Notes under the pieces: model-generated
Database searches by the model: none
Seen by the model: only the letters and a program-made list of their open reading frames with translations
What the model was told of the DNA's origin: nothing
Shown here: one piece after another, positions 31,619 to 45,014 of the stretch
How positions within the stretch are numbered: the first letter of the stretch is position 1
Layout of the letters: each line of letters begins with the position of its first letter
Translations under genes and position numbers: made by a program
Assembly (NCBI GenBank): GCA_021790735.1
Contig: JAJYGI010000126.1
Coordinates: 1-55,524, forward strand
DNA: 55,524 nt
From: Actinomycetes bacterium
GTDB lineage: Bacteria; Actinomycetota; Acidimicrobiia; Acidimicrobiales; Acidimicrobiaceae
Direction of reading: 5' to 3'

Positions 31619-32125
31619 GACCGGCGGCTCCTCAAGCCACTCATCCCAAATCTCCGTATGTTCAGCAACACCTTGAGGTGTCAACTTCAAAAGATCATCG
31701 TTGAAAAGGTCCGCCAACTCTCGTTGCGCAACGTAGTCGTGAGCCAAACCCACTAACAGTTTCTTTCGAACCCCAGCGAAATCGCCGAATACATCCTGGG
31801 AGAGTCGAAGTAACTCCAACGCGAAGTCAATATCAAACTTCATAGGCGCCCGTCCAAAAATAGAGGCGCGCTTGGAGCCGATCACTACCAGTGCCATTAC
31901 TGCGTCTGCTAGAGACTCTCCGGGACGCAAAACCAGCTTCTCCACGTATCCTTCGACTATGTTAAGTATGTATCCCTGGTCAGGCCCAGGAGATCCAAAA
32001 AGTCTACCGCGAAAACGCCTAGAACCTTTGAACTCCGCAGGTCGCCTAAGTTCCTTTGAAGGAATCTCTCCACGGTAAAACTTAGCCACAGAGATCGTTA
32101 TCGGAACAAAGTCCGGCTGCGTCAT
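31607..32125 (-). CDS. Hypothetical protein (GSPGPDQGY motif), last gene of the leuB-ilvE-cimA run
   Basis: 172-aa ORF with a GGAGG RBS; co-oriented with cimA. Confidence 0.8.
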   Translation of the reverse strand: MTQPDFVPITISVAKFYRGEIPSKELRRPAEFKGSRRFRGRLFGSPGPDQGYILNIVEGYVEKLVLRPGESLADAVMALVVIGSKRASIFGRAPMKFDIDFALELLRLSQDVFGDFAGVRKKLLVGLAHDYVAQRELADLFNDDLLKLTPQGVAEHTEIWDEWLEEPPVLSA

Positions 32126-32190
32126 GTTTCCTCCGATCCATTTCTAACGAGCCTCAAACTTTTACCTCTAATCTCGACTCAGTTGGAAGT

Positions 32191-33798
32191 TTACCCCCCT
32201 CTGACGCTACCCAAAGCCGCTCTTAGGAGTCCTACGACCAACGAATCAACTAGAGCGTGCCATGATGCCTCAATTACGTTAGAAGAGACGCCGATAGTCG
32301 ACCAAGAATCATCTCCGTTAGCAGAATCGATCAACACCCTTACAGTAGCGTCGGTCGCCTTGTTCGAGTCCAATACTCTTACCTTGAAGTCTGTTAAGTG
32401 AAGTCCATCTAATGAGTTAAAGTGCGGACGGAGAGCTTTCCGTAACGCTGCATCAAGAGCTGAGACCGGACCGTTCCCCTCTGCAGTCTCTATGACTCTA
32501 GCTTGGTCTATAATCAACTTGACTGTCGCCTCGGTTACGGACTCTCCTCCTTCTTTGTACTCAGTCAGCACTTTGAAGGACTCGAGAGTAAAAAACTCCT
32601 GTCTCCAGCCCTCGCTTCTACGAAGAAGCAACTCTAAAGACCCATCAGCAACCTCAAAATGGTACCCTTTGTGTTCAAGTTCTTTAAGTCTCTCCAACAC
32701 TTGGGATAAGGAGTCTTCTCTAATTTCGACCCCTAACTCGTTCGCTTTCAACAGTAGGCTCTGGCGTCCTGCCATCTCCGACACGACAAAGCGAGTTCCA
32801 TTTCCAACTGTCTCTGGATCCACATGTTCGTATGCGTCTGGCCTACGTGCTATCGCACTTACATGTAGACCCGCCTTATGGGTAAATGCAGAGGATCCTA
32901 CGTATGGAGACTGCGAAGATAGGGGGAGGTTTACAATCTCCGCAACGTGACGAGATATCGAAGAGATAAGTTGGATCTTTTCACGTGGAACGGTCTCTAT
33001 GCCCATCTTTAATGTCAGATCTGGAACCACCGTTGATAGATTCGCATTCCCGGTTCGTTCTCCGTAACCGTTGATGCAACCCTGAACATGAGTCGCACCA
33101 GATCTAACGGCTGTAAGGGAGTTTGCTACGGCACATCCCGAGTCGTTATGGAAATGAACCCCAACCTGAGTTGAACAAACTTCCTTTACGTTGGAGACTA
33201 TCTCTTCGACCTCGTATGGAAGTGCACCTCCATTGGTATCGCATAAAACAATGGTACGGGCTCCAGCCTGCTCGGCGGCATCGAGAACTGCTAAAGAGTA
33301 CATTGGGTTACGTTTATAGCCGTCGAAGAAGTGCTCGGCGTCAAAAAACACCTGCAGCCCCTCCCTTACCAGAAAGCTAACCGAATCGAACGCCATCTTG
33401 ACGCCCTCGTCCAACGTAGTTCTCAAGGCATCAGTAACGTGATAGTCCCATGCCTTTGCCACCAGACATACAGAGCCAGTCGAAGCTTCAAGTAGGGCTC
33501 TCAGCGTGGGATCCGACTCCGTCTTGGCACCCGCACGACGAGTAGAACCAAAGGCTACTAAAGTCGCATTCTCCAGCTTCAATTCGGCTGGCGCCCGTCG
33601 AAAAAACTCTGCATCTTTTGGATTAGCACCAGGCCAGCCACCCTCAATAAAACGAAAACCCATGGAGTCCAACTGTCTAGCAACACGTAGTTTATCCTCG
33701 ACGGTAAGGGAGATGCCTTCTTGTTGTGCACCGTCCCTTAGCGTCGTATCGTATACATCTACATATGCTGGAAGTCCACTTACATGATCAAAGGACAT
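32191..33798 (-). CDS. cimA: Citramalate synthase (LeuA/CimA family)
   Basis: DTTLRDGAQQEG, EGGWPGANPKD, DAEHFFDG, HFHND, GYGERTGN, HKAGLH and a C-terminal regulatory domain (GNGPV). ATG at 33798 is preferred. Confidence 0.93.
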   Translation of the reverse strand: MSFDHVSGLPAYVDVYDTTLRDGAQQEGISLTVEDKLRVARQLDSMGFRFIEGGWPGANPKDAEFFRRAPAELKLENATLVAFGSTRRAGAKTESDPTLRALLEASTGSVCLVAKAWDYHVTDALRTTLDEGVKMAFDSVSFLVREGLQVFFDAEHFFDGYKRNPMYSLAVLDAAEQAGARTIVLCDTNGGALPYEVEEIVSNVKEVCSTQVGVHFHNDSGCAVANSLTAVRSGATHVQGCINGYGERTGNANLSTVVPDLTLKMGIETVPREKIQLISSISRHVAEIVNLPLSSQSPYVGSSAFTHKAGLHVSAIARRPDAYEHVDPETVGNGTRFVVSEMAGRQSLLLKANELGVEIREDSLSQVLERLKELEHKGYHFEVADGSLELLLRRSEGWRQEFFTLESFKVLTEYKEGGESVTEATVKLIIDQARVIETAEGNGPVSALDAALRKALRPHFNSLDGLHLTDFKVRVLDSNKATDATVRVLIDSANGDDSWSTIGVSSNVIEASWHALVDSLVVGLLRAALGSVRGG

Positions 33799-34711
33799 GC
33801 TCCAGCCATTCTCCGTATCTCTTATCTTCTCCACGAACTATCGAAAAGAACGCGCCTTGGAGCTGTTTTGTCATATCTCCAGGCTTACCAGTACCAACAA
33901 CACGGTCGTCGACTGAAGCGATCGGCACAACCTCTGCCGCCGTGCCAGTTAAAAATGCTTCATCAGCCACGTAGAGATCTGACCGAAGAAGCGTCTGCTC
34001 TTTTACTTCGAATCCAAGATCTGATGCGACCTTCATAATCGAGTCTCTAGTTATCCCGTCCAAAGCACCCGAGGAGATCGGCGGAGTCATTAGTGTTTTT
34101 CCTTTTACAACGAAGATATTTTCACCAGTACACTCGGAAACTTCTCCCTGAGGGTTCAAAAGGATACACTCATCGTAACCACTTTTGATGGCCTCCACCT
34201 TAGCCAAGGAGGAGTTTACGTACATACCGGTGCACTTTATCGCAGGAGGAACCGAGTTGGGATCGTGCCGCTGCCAAGAAGACACTTTCGTGCGAATTCC
34301 GTTTTGCAGACCCTCTTCACCTAGATAGGTCCCCCAGGGCCAAACTGCTATCGAAACCGATGTCTTGCACATCAGTGGGTTTAGCCCCATCTCACCGTAG
34401 CCTAAAAAGGCAATCGGACGAATGTAGCAAGAATCGAGGTGGTTCACTCTGACAGTCTCTTTGATAGCATCAAAGATCTGTTCGTTAGAGAATGGAATCT
34501 CCATCAAGAGCATCTTGGCAGAGTTAAAGAAACGATCGACATGATCCTTGAGCCGGAATATTGCTGGCCCGTTATCAGTCGCATAGGCTCGCACTCCCTC
34601 GAAAACACCAGATCCATAATGGAGTCCATGAGATAAAACGTGTATGTTGGCGTCCTTCCAATCAACCAACGAACCATCCATCCAGATCTTTTCACTTTCA
34701 ACTATGGGCAT
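33788..34711 (-). CDS. ilvE: Branched-chain amino acid aminotransferase
   Basis: HYGSGVFEG, YIRP, ECTGEN, LDGITR and EAFLTGTAAE motifs. Confidence 0.97.
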   Translation of the reverse strand: MPIVESEKIWMDGSLVDWKDANIHVLSHGLHYGSGVFEGVRAYATDNGPAIFRLKDHVDRFFNSAKMLLMEIPFSNEQIFDAIKETVRVNHLDSCYIRPIAFLGYGEMGLNPLMCKTSVSIAVWPWGTYLGEEGLQNGIRTKVSSWQRHDPNSVPPAIKCTGMYVNSSLAKVEAIKSGYDECILLNPQGEVSECTGENIFVVKGKTLMTPPISSGALDGITRDSIMKVASDLGFEVKEQTLLRSDLYVADEAFLTGTAAEVVPIASVDDRVVGTGKPGDMTKQLQGAFFSIVRGEDKRYGEWLEHVL

Positions 34712-34714
34712 TTG

Positions 34715-35728
34715 TTATATCCTTTCTGCATAGTAAGTACCTACTTCATCGGTCTTTAGACCAGGCTCCGGAACACTCTCGAGGGCGTTGAAGATCTTTA
34801 GAGCAGCGTCTTTTTCCCCTAAGAACTCAAGCATCATCGCCGCTGAACGAATAGCGGCTGTGGGGTTGGCCCTCCCCGTTCCTACAATGTCATGAGCTGC
34901 GCCATGAACGGGTTCAAACAGCGAAGGAGACGTTCTCTCGGGATTCAAGTTTCCAGATGCTGCAAGACCTATCCCTCCAGAGATCGCTCCTGCAAGATCG
35001 GTGAGGATGTCGCCAAAGAGATTGTCCGTAACAATGACGTCATAACGTTCAGGTGCTTCCACCATGTAGATACAAGCCGCGTCTACGTGGTTATATGCGA
35101 CTGTAACTTCCGGAAACTCCATTGCTACCTCGTCAAAGGTACGCTGCCAGAGGTCTCCAGCAAATGTGAGCACGTTAGTTTTATGAACCAAGGTAAGATG
35201 CCGCCGGGGCCTGCTCATAGCTAACGAAAACGCATACCTGATCGCTCTTTCAACGCCGAACCTGGTGTTTACCGAACCTTGGGTAGCAATCTCATGTGGA
35301 GTTCCCTTTCGAAGAAAACCCCCCTCACCTGCATATGTGCCCTCAGTATTTTCACGAATTACAACCATATCGACGTGCTTACCTACGTAAGTCGGACTCG
35401 TATCGGGTGATCTAAAGGGCCGTTGATTGATGTACAGATCGAGTGCGAACCTGAGTTTTAATAGAAGACCTCTCTCTAATGTTCCAGGAGGAATCTCCGT
35501 AGATCCAATAGCAGGACCAACAGCGCCTAAGAGAATCGCGTCAAAGTCTCTTAGCTCCGTCAACGTAGAGTCGTCTAACACCTCTCCCGTTGAAAGGTAG
35601 TGTTTTGCACCAAGCTCAAAGCTCTTCGTATCTAACCTAACGCCAGTAGCGCCAACAACCTTAAGAGCCTCTGCTAGTACCTCAGAACCGATTCCATCTC
35701 CACCAATTACGGCTATCGAATGGGCCAC
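34715..35728 (-). CDS. leuB: 3-isopropylmalate dehydrogenase
   Basis: [35 protein letters not shown] and EPVHG motifs. Confidence 0.96.
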   Translation of the reverse strand: MAHSIAVIGGDGIGSEVLAEALKVVGATGVRLDTKSFELGAKHYLSTGEVLDDSTLTELRDFDAILLGAVGPAIGSTEIPPGTLERGLLLKLRFALDLYINQRPFRSPDTSPTYVGKHVDMVVIRENTEGTYAGEGGFLRKGTPHEIATQGSVNTRFGVERAIRYAFSLAMSRPRRHLTLVHKTNVLTFAGDLWQRTFDEVAMEFPEVTVAYNHVDAACIYMVEAPERYDVIVTDNLFGDILTDLAGAISGGIGLAASGNLNPERTSPSLFEPVHGAAHDIVGTGRANPTAAIRSAAMMLEFLGEKDAALKIFNALESVPEPGLKTDEVGTYYAERI

Positions 35729-35772
35729 TTACCCTCCTCGTCCGCTCATACTACTATTTCTATAGCAAAACT

Positions 35773-35822
35773 AAAAAAACCGCCCACACAGTGGTCGGTT
35801 TAGCTCACACATATGCGTGAGC
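35773..35822 (-). terminator. Attenuator hairpins and intrinsic terminator upstream of leuB
   Basis: On the minus strand: GCTCACGC-ATAT-GTGTGAGC hairpin, then AAACCGACCAC-TGT-GTGGGCGGTTT followed by a T run. Confidence 0.85.
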
Positions 35823-35824
35823 GT

Positions 35825-35872
35825 TCAAATAATCTCTACTACTAATACCATAAAAGTGCCAATTAGCTCCAT
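35825..35872 (-). CDS. BCAA-rich attenuator leader peptide MELIGTFMVLVVEII
   Basis: ATG GAG CTA ATT GGC ACT TTT ATG GTA TTA GTA GTA GAG ATT ATT TGA, directly followed by the hairpins and terminator. Confidence 0.85.
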   Translation of the reverse strand: MELIGTFMVLVVEII

Positions 35873-36060
35873 AAAAGCTACACTTTAGCCCAAACTACAA
35901 GTGAATGTGTTCGTATTTCCGAAGATTGGATACAAAATAGTGGGTAGTAAGATAAAATTCGTGAACTTATTCGCAATAAGGTAAACTTGAAGAGCGTGCG
36001 CTGGGAGCACCATTTCCCAAACTACTCAAAGTTTGACGTAAAATCGGAGTTTAAAGAGTG

Positions 36061-36531
36061 ATGAGCGAGACTGTACTTACTAGACATGCATACGATCGGC
36101 TCCAGGCCGAGCTTGATGACCTTACAACTAGGGGGCGAATTGAGATTGCAAACGTCATCGAAGCTGCGAGAGCCCTTGGAGATCTCAAAGAAAACGGAGA
36201 CTACCACGCCGCCAAAGATACTCAAGGAAAGATGGAGGCAAGGATACGTCAAATTCAAGCTCTCCTCGCCAATGCAACGGTCGTAGATTCAGATCCTAGT
36301 CTTTCTTCAAAGGTCGTACCTGGAGTAATAGTTCACATCAGATATGAAAATGAGGATGAGACCTACAGGTTTTTCTTCGGCTCCATTGAGGAGAAAATCG
36401 AAGGCGTTGATATTATATCTCCGACATCACCCCTAGGACAGTCACTCAACGGCGCTTCTTCTGGAGACTTTGTGGACTACGAGGCGCCTGGCGGATTCCT
36501 TAGGGTCGAGGTTGTAAAAATTGGCGACTAG
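36061..36531 (+). CDS. greA: Transcription elongation factor GreA
   Basis: ARALGDLKENGDYHAAK and ISPTSPLG motifs. Confidence 0.96.
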   Translation: MSETVLTRHAYDRLQAELDDLTTRGRIEIANVIEAARALGDLKENGDYHAAKDTQGKMEARIRQIQALLANATVVDSDPSLSSKVVPGVIVHIRYENEDETYRFFFGSIEEKIEGVDIISPTSPLGQSLNGASSGDFVDYEAPGGFLRVEVVKIGD

Positions 36532-36696
36532 CGATGCACTCAATCAATACACCCCTGCTAAATGGTTCTTGAATGCACTAGACACGACAACCTAGAACAT
36601 GCCAAGGAAGGTTCGCTACCTGGTGGACGTCGATGACAGTATATTCTGGATCCAAATGTAACTACATTGACACAACAAAAGGAGTAGTTAGCAGAG

Positions 36697-38094
36697 GTGG
36701 GGAGAACTTTAGCGCAAAAAGTATGGGACGCTCACGTAGTGAGAGCAAGTGATGGTGAGCCAGATCTCCTATACATAGACCTACACCTCCTTCACGAAGT
36801 AACGTCCCCACAGGCGTTTGATGGTCTGCGACTAGCAGGAAGGTCGGTAAGGCGGCCCGACCTCAGTGTTGCGACTGCAGACCATAACGTACCAACAAAA
36901 AATATCTTCGCACCCGTCGCAGACCCCATCTCAGCCAAACAACTTGAGACCTTAAATAAAAACTGTTCTGAATTTGGTATAACCCTATTTCCAATGGGGT
37001 CACCTAATCAAGGTATCGTGCACGTGATCGGACCGGAACAAGGTCTTACTCTACCCGGAATGACAGTCGTATGCGGAGACTCTCACACAGCAACACACGG
37101 CGCCTTTGGAGCGTTAGCTTTTGGAATAGGGACGTCAGAGGTTGAACACGTCTTAGCCACACAAACCCTGCCTCAGAAACAACCCAAGCAAATGGCGATT
37201 AATGTGGTTGGGCAACTCCCTATAGGTGTAACCGCTAAAGATCTTATCCTGGCCATCATCGGAGAGATCGGTACAGGTGGTGGAATCGGATACATCGTCG
37301 AGTATCGCGGAGAAGCTATAAAGTCTCTGTCAATGGAAGGTAGGATGACCGTCTGCAACATGACGATCGAAGCTGGCGCCCGTGCCGGACTCATCGCTCC
37401 AGATGAGACAACGTCCTCCTACATTGAAGGCAGACCGTATGCACCTAAGGGTATTAACTGGGAGAAAGCTCTAAAGTGGTGGTCCACTCTTTCTAGCGAC
37501 GACGACGCCGTCTTTGACAAGGAGGTAACCATCGACGCCTCTACACTTACACCTTATGTGTCCTGGGGAACAAATCCTTCTCAAGTTTTGCCCATCGATG
37601 GCGAAATCCCGGACCCAGACAGCTTCTCAGATGAGGATGCCAGAGAGAACGCTCGGCGCGCACTGACCTATATGGGTCTTACTCCAAAAACTAAGATTAG
37701 GGCAATCCCCGTCGATACGGTATTTATTGGGTCATGCACCAACTCACGAATAGAAGACCTCCGAGTTGTCGCAGCAATCGTCGACGGTAAAAAGGTAGCC
37801 GCATCAGTTAGAGGACTGATCGTTCCTGGATCTAGAAGAGTAAAGGAACAAGCTGAAGAGGAGGGTCTTCACAAAATCTTTGAATCAGCGGGCTTCGAAT
37901 GGCGAGAACCAGGTTGCTCCATGTGCCTCGGTATGAACCCAGATCAACTGCGACCTGGTGAACGTTCGGCATCGACTTCCAATAGAAACTTCGAAGGCCG
38001 TCAAGGCAAGGGGGGGCGAACCCACCTAGTGTCACCCGCCGTCGCTGCGGCGACCGCAGTTAAAGGTACTTTCGCCAGTCCGAGCGAACTTTAG
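36697..38094 (+). CDS. leuC: 3-isopropylmalate dehydratase large subunit
   Basis: [31 protein letters not shown] and [12 protein letters not shown] motifs. Confidence 0.98.
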   Translation: MGRTLAQKVWDAHVVRASDGEPDLLYIDLHLLHEVTSPQAFDGLRLAGRSVRRPDLSVATADHNVPTKNIFAPVADPISAKQLETLNKNCSEFGITLFPMGSPNQGIVHVIGPEQGLTLPGMTVVCGDSHTATHGAFGALAFGIGTSEVEHVLATQTLPQKQPKQMAINVVGQLPIGVTAKDLILAIIGEIGTGGGIGYIVEYRGEAIKSLSMEGRMTVCNMTIEAGARAGLIAPDETTSSYIEGRPYAPKGINWEKALKWWSTLSSDDDAVFDKEVTIDASTLTPYVSWGTNPSQVLPIDGEIPDPDSFSDEDARENARRALTYMGLTPKTKIRAIPVDTVFIGSCTNSRIEDLRVVAAIVDGKKVAASVRGLIVPGSRRVKEQAEEEGLHKIFESAGFEWREPGCSMCLGMNPDQLRPGERSASTSNRNFEGRQGKGGRTHLVSPAVAAATAVKGTFASPSEL

Positions 38095-38108
38095 AAAGGA
38101 TTCATTTC

Positions 38109-38705
38109 GTGGAACCTGTCAAGACAATACTCTCACACGCTATGCCGCTTCGAAGATCGGACGTCGACACCGATCAAATAATCCCGAGTGATTGGCTAAA
38201 GCGAGTTGAACGCACCGGCTTTGGAGCTGGACTCTTTGGTGAATGGCGAGAGGATCCTGATTTCGTACTTAACGATCCACGATTCAAGGGCGCAGAAATT
38301 CTACTAGCTGGCCCAAACTTTGGCGTAGGATCCTCTCGCGAACACGCTGTATGGTCCCTACAAGACTACGGCTTTAAAGCCATTGTCTCTCAACGTTTTG
38401 GCGACATATTTAGGAATAATTGTACGAAGGTTGGATTAGTGCCGGTCGTTGTAAGTGAGGAAAACTCAGAAAAACTCTTCCGGGCTATTGAAGAAGATCC
38501 CAAAACTCAGATCACGATCGACATCGAAACCAAGAAAATACTGTGTCTAAAGGCTCAGGTAGAAGCCGACTTTGAATTAGACGACTTCACTCAGTATCGC
38601 TATCTCAACGGATTGGACGATATCGGAATTACTATGTTACATGGGCTTGAGATCGAGACATTCGAAGCGAACAGGCCCTCGTACTTCCCCTCACTGATCG
38701 GTTAA
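38109..38705 (+). CDS. leuD: 3-isopropylmalate dehydratase small subunit
   Basis: DVDTDQIIP, NFGVGSSREHA and GLDDI motifs. Confidence 0.98.
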   Translation: MEPVKTILSHAMPLRRSDVDTDQIIPSDWLKRVERTGFGAGLFGEWREDPDFVLNDPRFKGAEILLAGPNFGVGSSREHAVWSLQDYGFKAIVSQRFGDIFRNNCTKVGLVPVVVSEENSEKLFRAIEEDPKTQITIDIETKKILCLKAQVEADFELDDFTQYRYLNGLDDIGITMLHGLEIETFEANRPSYFPSLIG

Positions 38706-39611
38706 ATTGGAGCTCGTCGTCGCCTTGGTAGAAAAGTTCAGTACATAAAGACCAAGAAAAGTCACGACTGAACCCGCTAAAAAGGTGAAAGATATGGGTT
38801 CGGCTAGAAATATAAAACCAGCCGCCACCGCAACAATGGCGATCAAGTACGTCACGGAAGAAGATAATGCCGGAGTTACTAGGCGTGTGAGAGATAGGGA
38901 CAGTAGTCCTGCCACCGCCGTATTTACCACACCAAGTACGATCGAGAACATCACGCCTTTATCCATACGCAAAGTTGATAGCAAACTCCTGTCTGAGATC
39001 GCTACTATGAGATAAAGAAATGAAGAAATTCCCAGCTGCAACGCCGCGATCTGGACCAAAGTCATTCCAGAAGGAAGCAGAAACCTCTTTTGAAGAATAA
39101 TGCCTATACCGTAAAGAGCCGAGGCGAGCAGTACGATAAGGTCGTATCCGATAGCGGTCATGCCGCCTAGAGATCTCCAAGGTTCTAGAACTACTACCAC
39201 CCCTAGAAGTCCCGTCACTATCCCGAGATAGGTTCTAGAACTACTACTACGAGATCTGATAAAAAGAGGAGTTAAAAGAACAGTAAACAGTGGGGTTGTA
39301 GAGTTTAACATTCCGGCCAAAGCGGCCGAGATACGGCTCTCACCATATGTAATCATAAAGTATGGCAGCGCATATGTGCATAAGGCGCCACCAACTACCG
39401 CACTCATCTCCACTTTTGAGAGGCCTCTAACTATTCGCCAAAGTCCGCCTCGCATCGCGGCAAATAACCCCATAGAGATAGCCGCTACTATAACTCGAAT
39501 GAACACCAAAGAAAATGGGGTGAGCTGGCCTAACGCTACTTTAATCAACAAAAAAGATGATCCCCAAATAACCCCTAGAAACACGAAAATTACATATCCG
39601 CGTCTACTCAC
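38691..39611 (-). CDS. DMT/EamA family transporter
   Basis: About 10 hydrophobic segments; IWGSSF…K and NSTTPLFT motifs; two EamA repeats. Confidence 0.92.
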   Translation of the reverse strand: MSRRGYVIFVFLGVIWGSSFLLIKVALGQLTPFSLVFIRVIVAAISMGLFAAMRGGLWRIVRGLSKVEMSAVVGGALCTYALPYFMITYGESRISAALAGMLNSTTPLFTVLLTPLFIRSRSSSSRTYLGIVTGLLGVVVVLEPWRSLGGMTAIGYDLIVLLASALYGIGIILQKRFLLPSGMTLVQIAALQLGISSFLYLIVAISDRSLLSTLRMDKGVMFSIVLGVVNTAVAGLLSLSLTRLVTPALSSSVTYLIAIVAVAAGFIFLAEPISFTFLAGSVVTFLGLYVLNFSTKATTSSNLTDQ

Positions 39612-39674
39612 CCTATTCGTACCGCTTCCTAAGAGTTCTCTGTTTCTTTAGCTAAAAACTGTAGTTGGAGGGAC

Positions 39675-42047
<2,373 letters not shown>

Positions 42048-42887
42048 CTTGCACAGTTCGATAACTTGGACGCTTTCGTCCAAAACCTGCATTTGGTTCA
42101 AACTTAAGATACGTTCCAACCGCAGACTTTAAAACCCATTATCGATGAGGTCAAGAATGTAGTGAAACGTCACCAATCGCTATAAAGAGCCCTCAAGAAA
42201 AATCAACGAAACCCTGCATGGGCTTTGGTCTCAAAGCCGGATATTTAGTACTGACTTGCATCGCGATATCCGCATATTAGGTGTTTTGCCACCCTTCCGA
42301 CGCTATGCTAGCACTTTGGCTCCGCAGTTTCGACCTCGCTGTTCCTTCAACTTAACGCCTCAAGCGTCTCACTGGAAAGGTCCTCCAACGTAAAGATCGC
42401 AAGCAATGGTAAGGCCTGTACTTCTTCGTAGTCGGAAAGAACCATATACCGTAGCAACAGCGCAATAGTAGCCGAGCCTTCTAACATATCTACCTTGGAG
42501 TACAACGCTCCAGACAAGCCAGAATAGAACGCCACAAAAGTTAGGAACGATCCCTCGAACTAAAAGTTACCTCACAAGACAAAACTTTCTATCATGGTCA
42601 GACGCTGAGAAAGTGGAAGACTGGTACTACAAGTCAATAAAGCAAGCTCCCTTTTGTTAGAGCAGGCTCCTTAGTTACCGCTATCAGTTGTGGATACCGA
42701 TGTCACCGTAAAGTATGTAGTCAAAGACACGCAGTCGGAGTCTTGGAAAAACACGCGCTTTGTACACTACTGAGCAAGACTTCTTCGACAAATAACCTAG
42801 CGTAAAGTCTACCTAGCTATCGCCACGCCACTCACACGACCACTGATAGTCGAAACCTTCAACGTTGGACGCAGCGGTAATTAACTC

Positions 42888-44924
42888 CTACTTAGTGTCG
42901 TCGAGGGAACGTTCAAGAATTTGAGCCACGTCGAGAACCTCTTTGCCTTCGGCGGTAGCACCCTCAGCTATTCTAGCCTTGACTGCGTCATCCAGCATAA
43001 TCATACAAAATGGGCACGCAGTAGATATAACGTCAGCCCCTGTTCTAAGAGCTTGATCTGTTCTCTCTAGGTTAATCCGCTTTCCGATTTTCTCTTCAAG
43101 CCACATTCGGGATCCACCAGCCCCACAGCAAAATGACTTCGACCTATGCTTATGCATCTCAATCGACTCAACCCCACTGATCGCGTTCAGTACACCTCTC
43201 GGTTCATCGTAAACCTCGTTATGGCGACCAAGATAGCAAGGATCATGATACGTCACCTTAGATTGAAAAACTCCTGGAGCAACTCTTTGTTGCGCAATAA
43301 GTTGTTCAAGAAGCTGAGTATGGTGCATGACCTCAAAGTTACCGCCAAGAGCGGGATACTCTCTCGCAATTGAATTAAAGCAGTGAGGACAAGACGCTAC
43401 TATTTTTTTAACCTTCGCCTCATTCAATATCTCAATATTTTGCATAGCTTGCATCTGAAATAGATACTCATTACCCAACCTTCGAGCTGGATCGCCAGTA
43501 CAGCTCTCCTTCGGGCCAAGCACTCCAAAGCGAACACCAGATCTGTGGAGTAATCTCGCTATAGTTACCGTGACCTTTCGTGCTCTTTCATCAAGCGCTC
43601 CAGCACATCCAACCCAAAATAAGTACTCAATATCGTTCGGAATCTGGCCGTCAATTACTGGTACGGTAAAATCAAGCTCGGACAACCAATCGCTTCGCTT
43701 CGAAGACCCAAGTCCCCACGGATCGCCTTGGTTCTCGATATTGCGAAGCATAAGATTTGCTTCCGACGGAAAGTTCGACTCCATGAGAACTTGGAATCGT
43801 CTCATGTCGACAATCGTGTCGACATGCTCGATATCCACTGGGCAGGCCTCGACACAGGCTCCACAAGTTGTACACGACCAAAGAACATCCTCAGAAACTG
43901 AGTCGGGCACCAAGGGTAGCTCTTCTGGGATCGCTGTCACAACACCAGTCCTTGCCGTTGCCGCCGCCCGATAGATACTCTCTCGGAGATCCATTATGAC
44001 AAGTTTTGGAGATAACGGTTTGCCAGTATTCCAGGCCGGACACTGCTCCTGGCATCGACCACACTCCGTACAGGTAACTAGATCAAGTCGTTGTTTCCAG
44101 TTCAACTGCGATGGGTAGCCAACACCGAAGACATCGTCTTCGGATAAAAGTTCAGGATCCATAGTTGGAGTCACTGCTAACGCACCAAGAGCTTTAGGTC
44201 GCCGTGAGAAAGCAATATTTATAGGTGCCACGAAGATGTGCAGGTGTTTCGAGTAAGCAACAAAGATCAAGAAACCCATGATCACTAAGATGTTCATCTC
44301 TAAAAAGACTGTCTCGAAGGTATAGGCCGTACTTGGCGAGACTCCAGAGAAGACGTCTGCTAATCCGTGAGAGGCAAAGGCCCAACTTGAGTACGGCAAG
44401 TCTCCAGCCAGTACCTGAAACGCTCGATAAAGCAAGAGAGTTATGACAACCAGAGCAATCCCAACGAGAACTAACCAAGCGGCTCCAGTATGGGAACCAT
44501 AAAACCTCGACGACCGATCCCTCCGACTAGGAGCGTCCCTTACTCTTATGACGCTAAAGACAACTAGTGAGAGTAGGACCGCAACGGAGAAAAAGTCTTC
44601 CAAAAACCCCAACCATGAGTCGTGGCCTATAAGAGGTAGCGCAAAGTGGCGACTAAACAGAGCCCCAAACGCTTCGATAATCGTTGCAATGAGAATAATA
44701 AAGCCCCAAAAAGTAAAGAAGTGAGCCAGTCCTGGTACGGTCTTTTTGAGAAGCTTTCTCTGAGCAAAGACCTCCGTAAACTCAGTCACTACTCTTCCAT
44801 AGATATCTCCACCTCGTCCTGGTGCTACTTTCCCACTTGAAACTAACTTGTAGATGAAGAAGAATCTACGTCCAGCTATAGTTAGCGCCGTAACGACTAT
44901 CACTAACCCAACTAATAATCTCAA
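42888..44924 (-). CDS. Membrane-bound Fe-S oxidoreductase (FadF/HdrD-like, CCG domains)
   Basis: N-terminal TM helices; CTECGRCQEQCP and CTTCGACVEACP; ESCTG…CPHC and HDPCYLGR…CCGAGG…CPFC. Confidence 0.93.
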   Translation of the reverse strand: MRLLVGLVIVVTALTIAGRRFFFIYKLVSSGKVAPGRGGDIYGRVVTEFTEVFAQRKLLKKTVPGLAHFFTFWGFIILIATIIEAFGALFSRHFALPLIGHDSWLGFLEDFFSVAVLLSLVVFSVIRVRDAPSRRDRSSRFYGSHTGAAWLVLVGIALVVITLLLYRAFQVLAGDLPYSSWAFASHGLADVFSGVSPSTAYTFETVFLEMNILVIMGFLIFVAYSKHLHIFVAPINIAFSRRPKALGALAVTPTMDPELLSEDDVFGVGYPSQLNWKQRLDLVTCTECGRCQEQCPAWNTGKPLSPKLVIMDLRESIYRAAATARTGVVTAIPEELPLVPDSVSEDVLWSCTTCGACVEACPVDIEHVDTIVDMRRFQVLMESNFPSEANLMLRNIENQGDPWGLGSSKRSDWLSELDFTVPVIDGQIPNDIEYLFWVGCAGALDERARKVTVTIARLLHRSGVRFGVLGPKESCTGDPARRLGNEYLFQMQAMQNIEILNEAKVKKIVASCPHCFNSIAREYPALGGNFEVMHHTQLLEQLIAQQRVAPGVFQSKVTYHDPCYLGRHNEVYDEPRGVLNAISGVESIEMHKHRSKSFCCGAGGSRMWLEEKIGKRINLERTDQALRTGADVISTACPFCMIMLDDAVKARIAEGATAEGKEVLDVAQILERSLDDTK

Positions 44925-45014
44925 ATGAATCTCCAGTTACATAGTGTGTAAACTACAAACGTAAATCACACTTCGATCATAAATGAAACCGATACAAATT
45001 GCTAAGCGGGGATG

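Noticed and set aside
35959-35976. Rex-like palindrome TCGTGAACTTATTCGCAA upstream of greA
   Set aside because: Two mismatches, an AT-rich context and no redox gene downstream; insufficient support.
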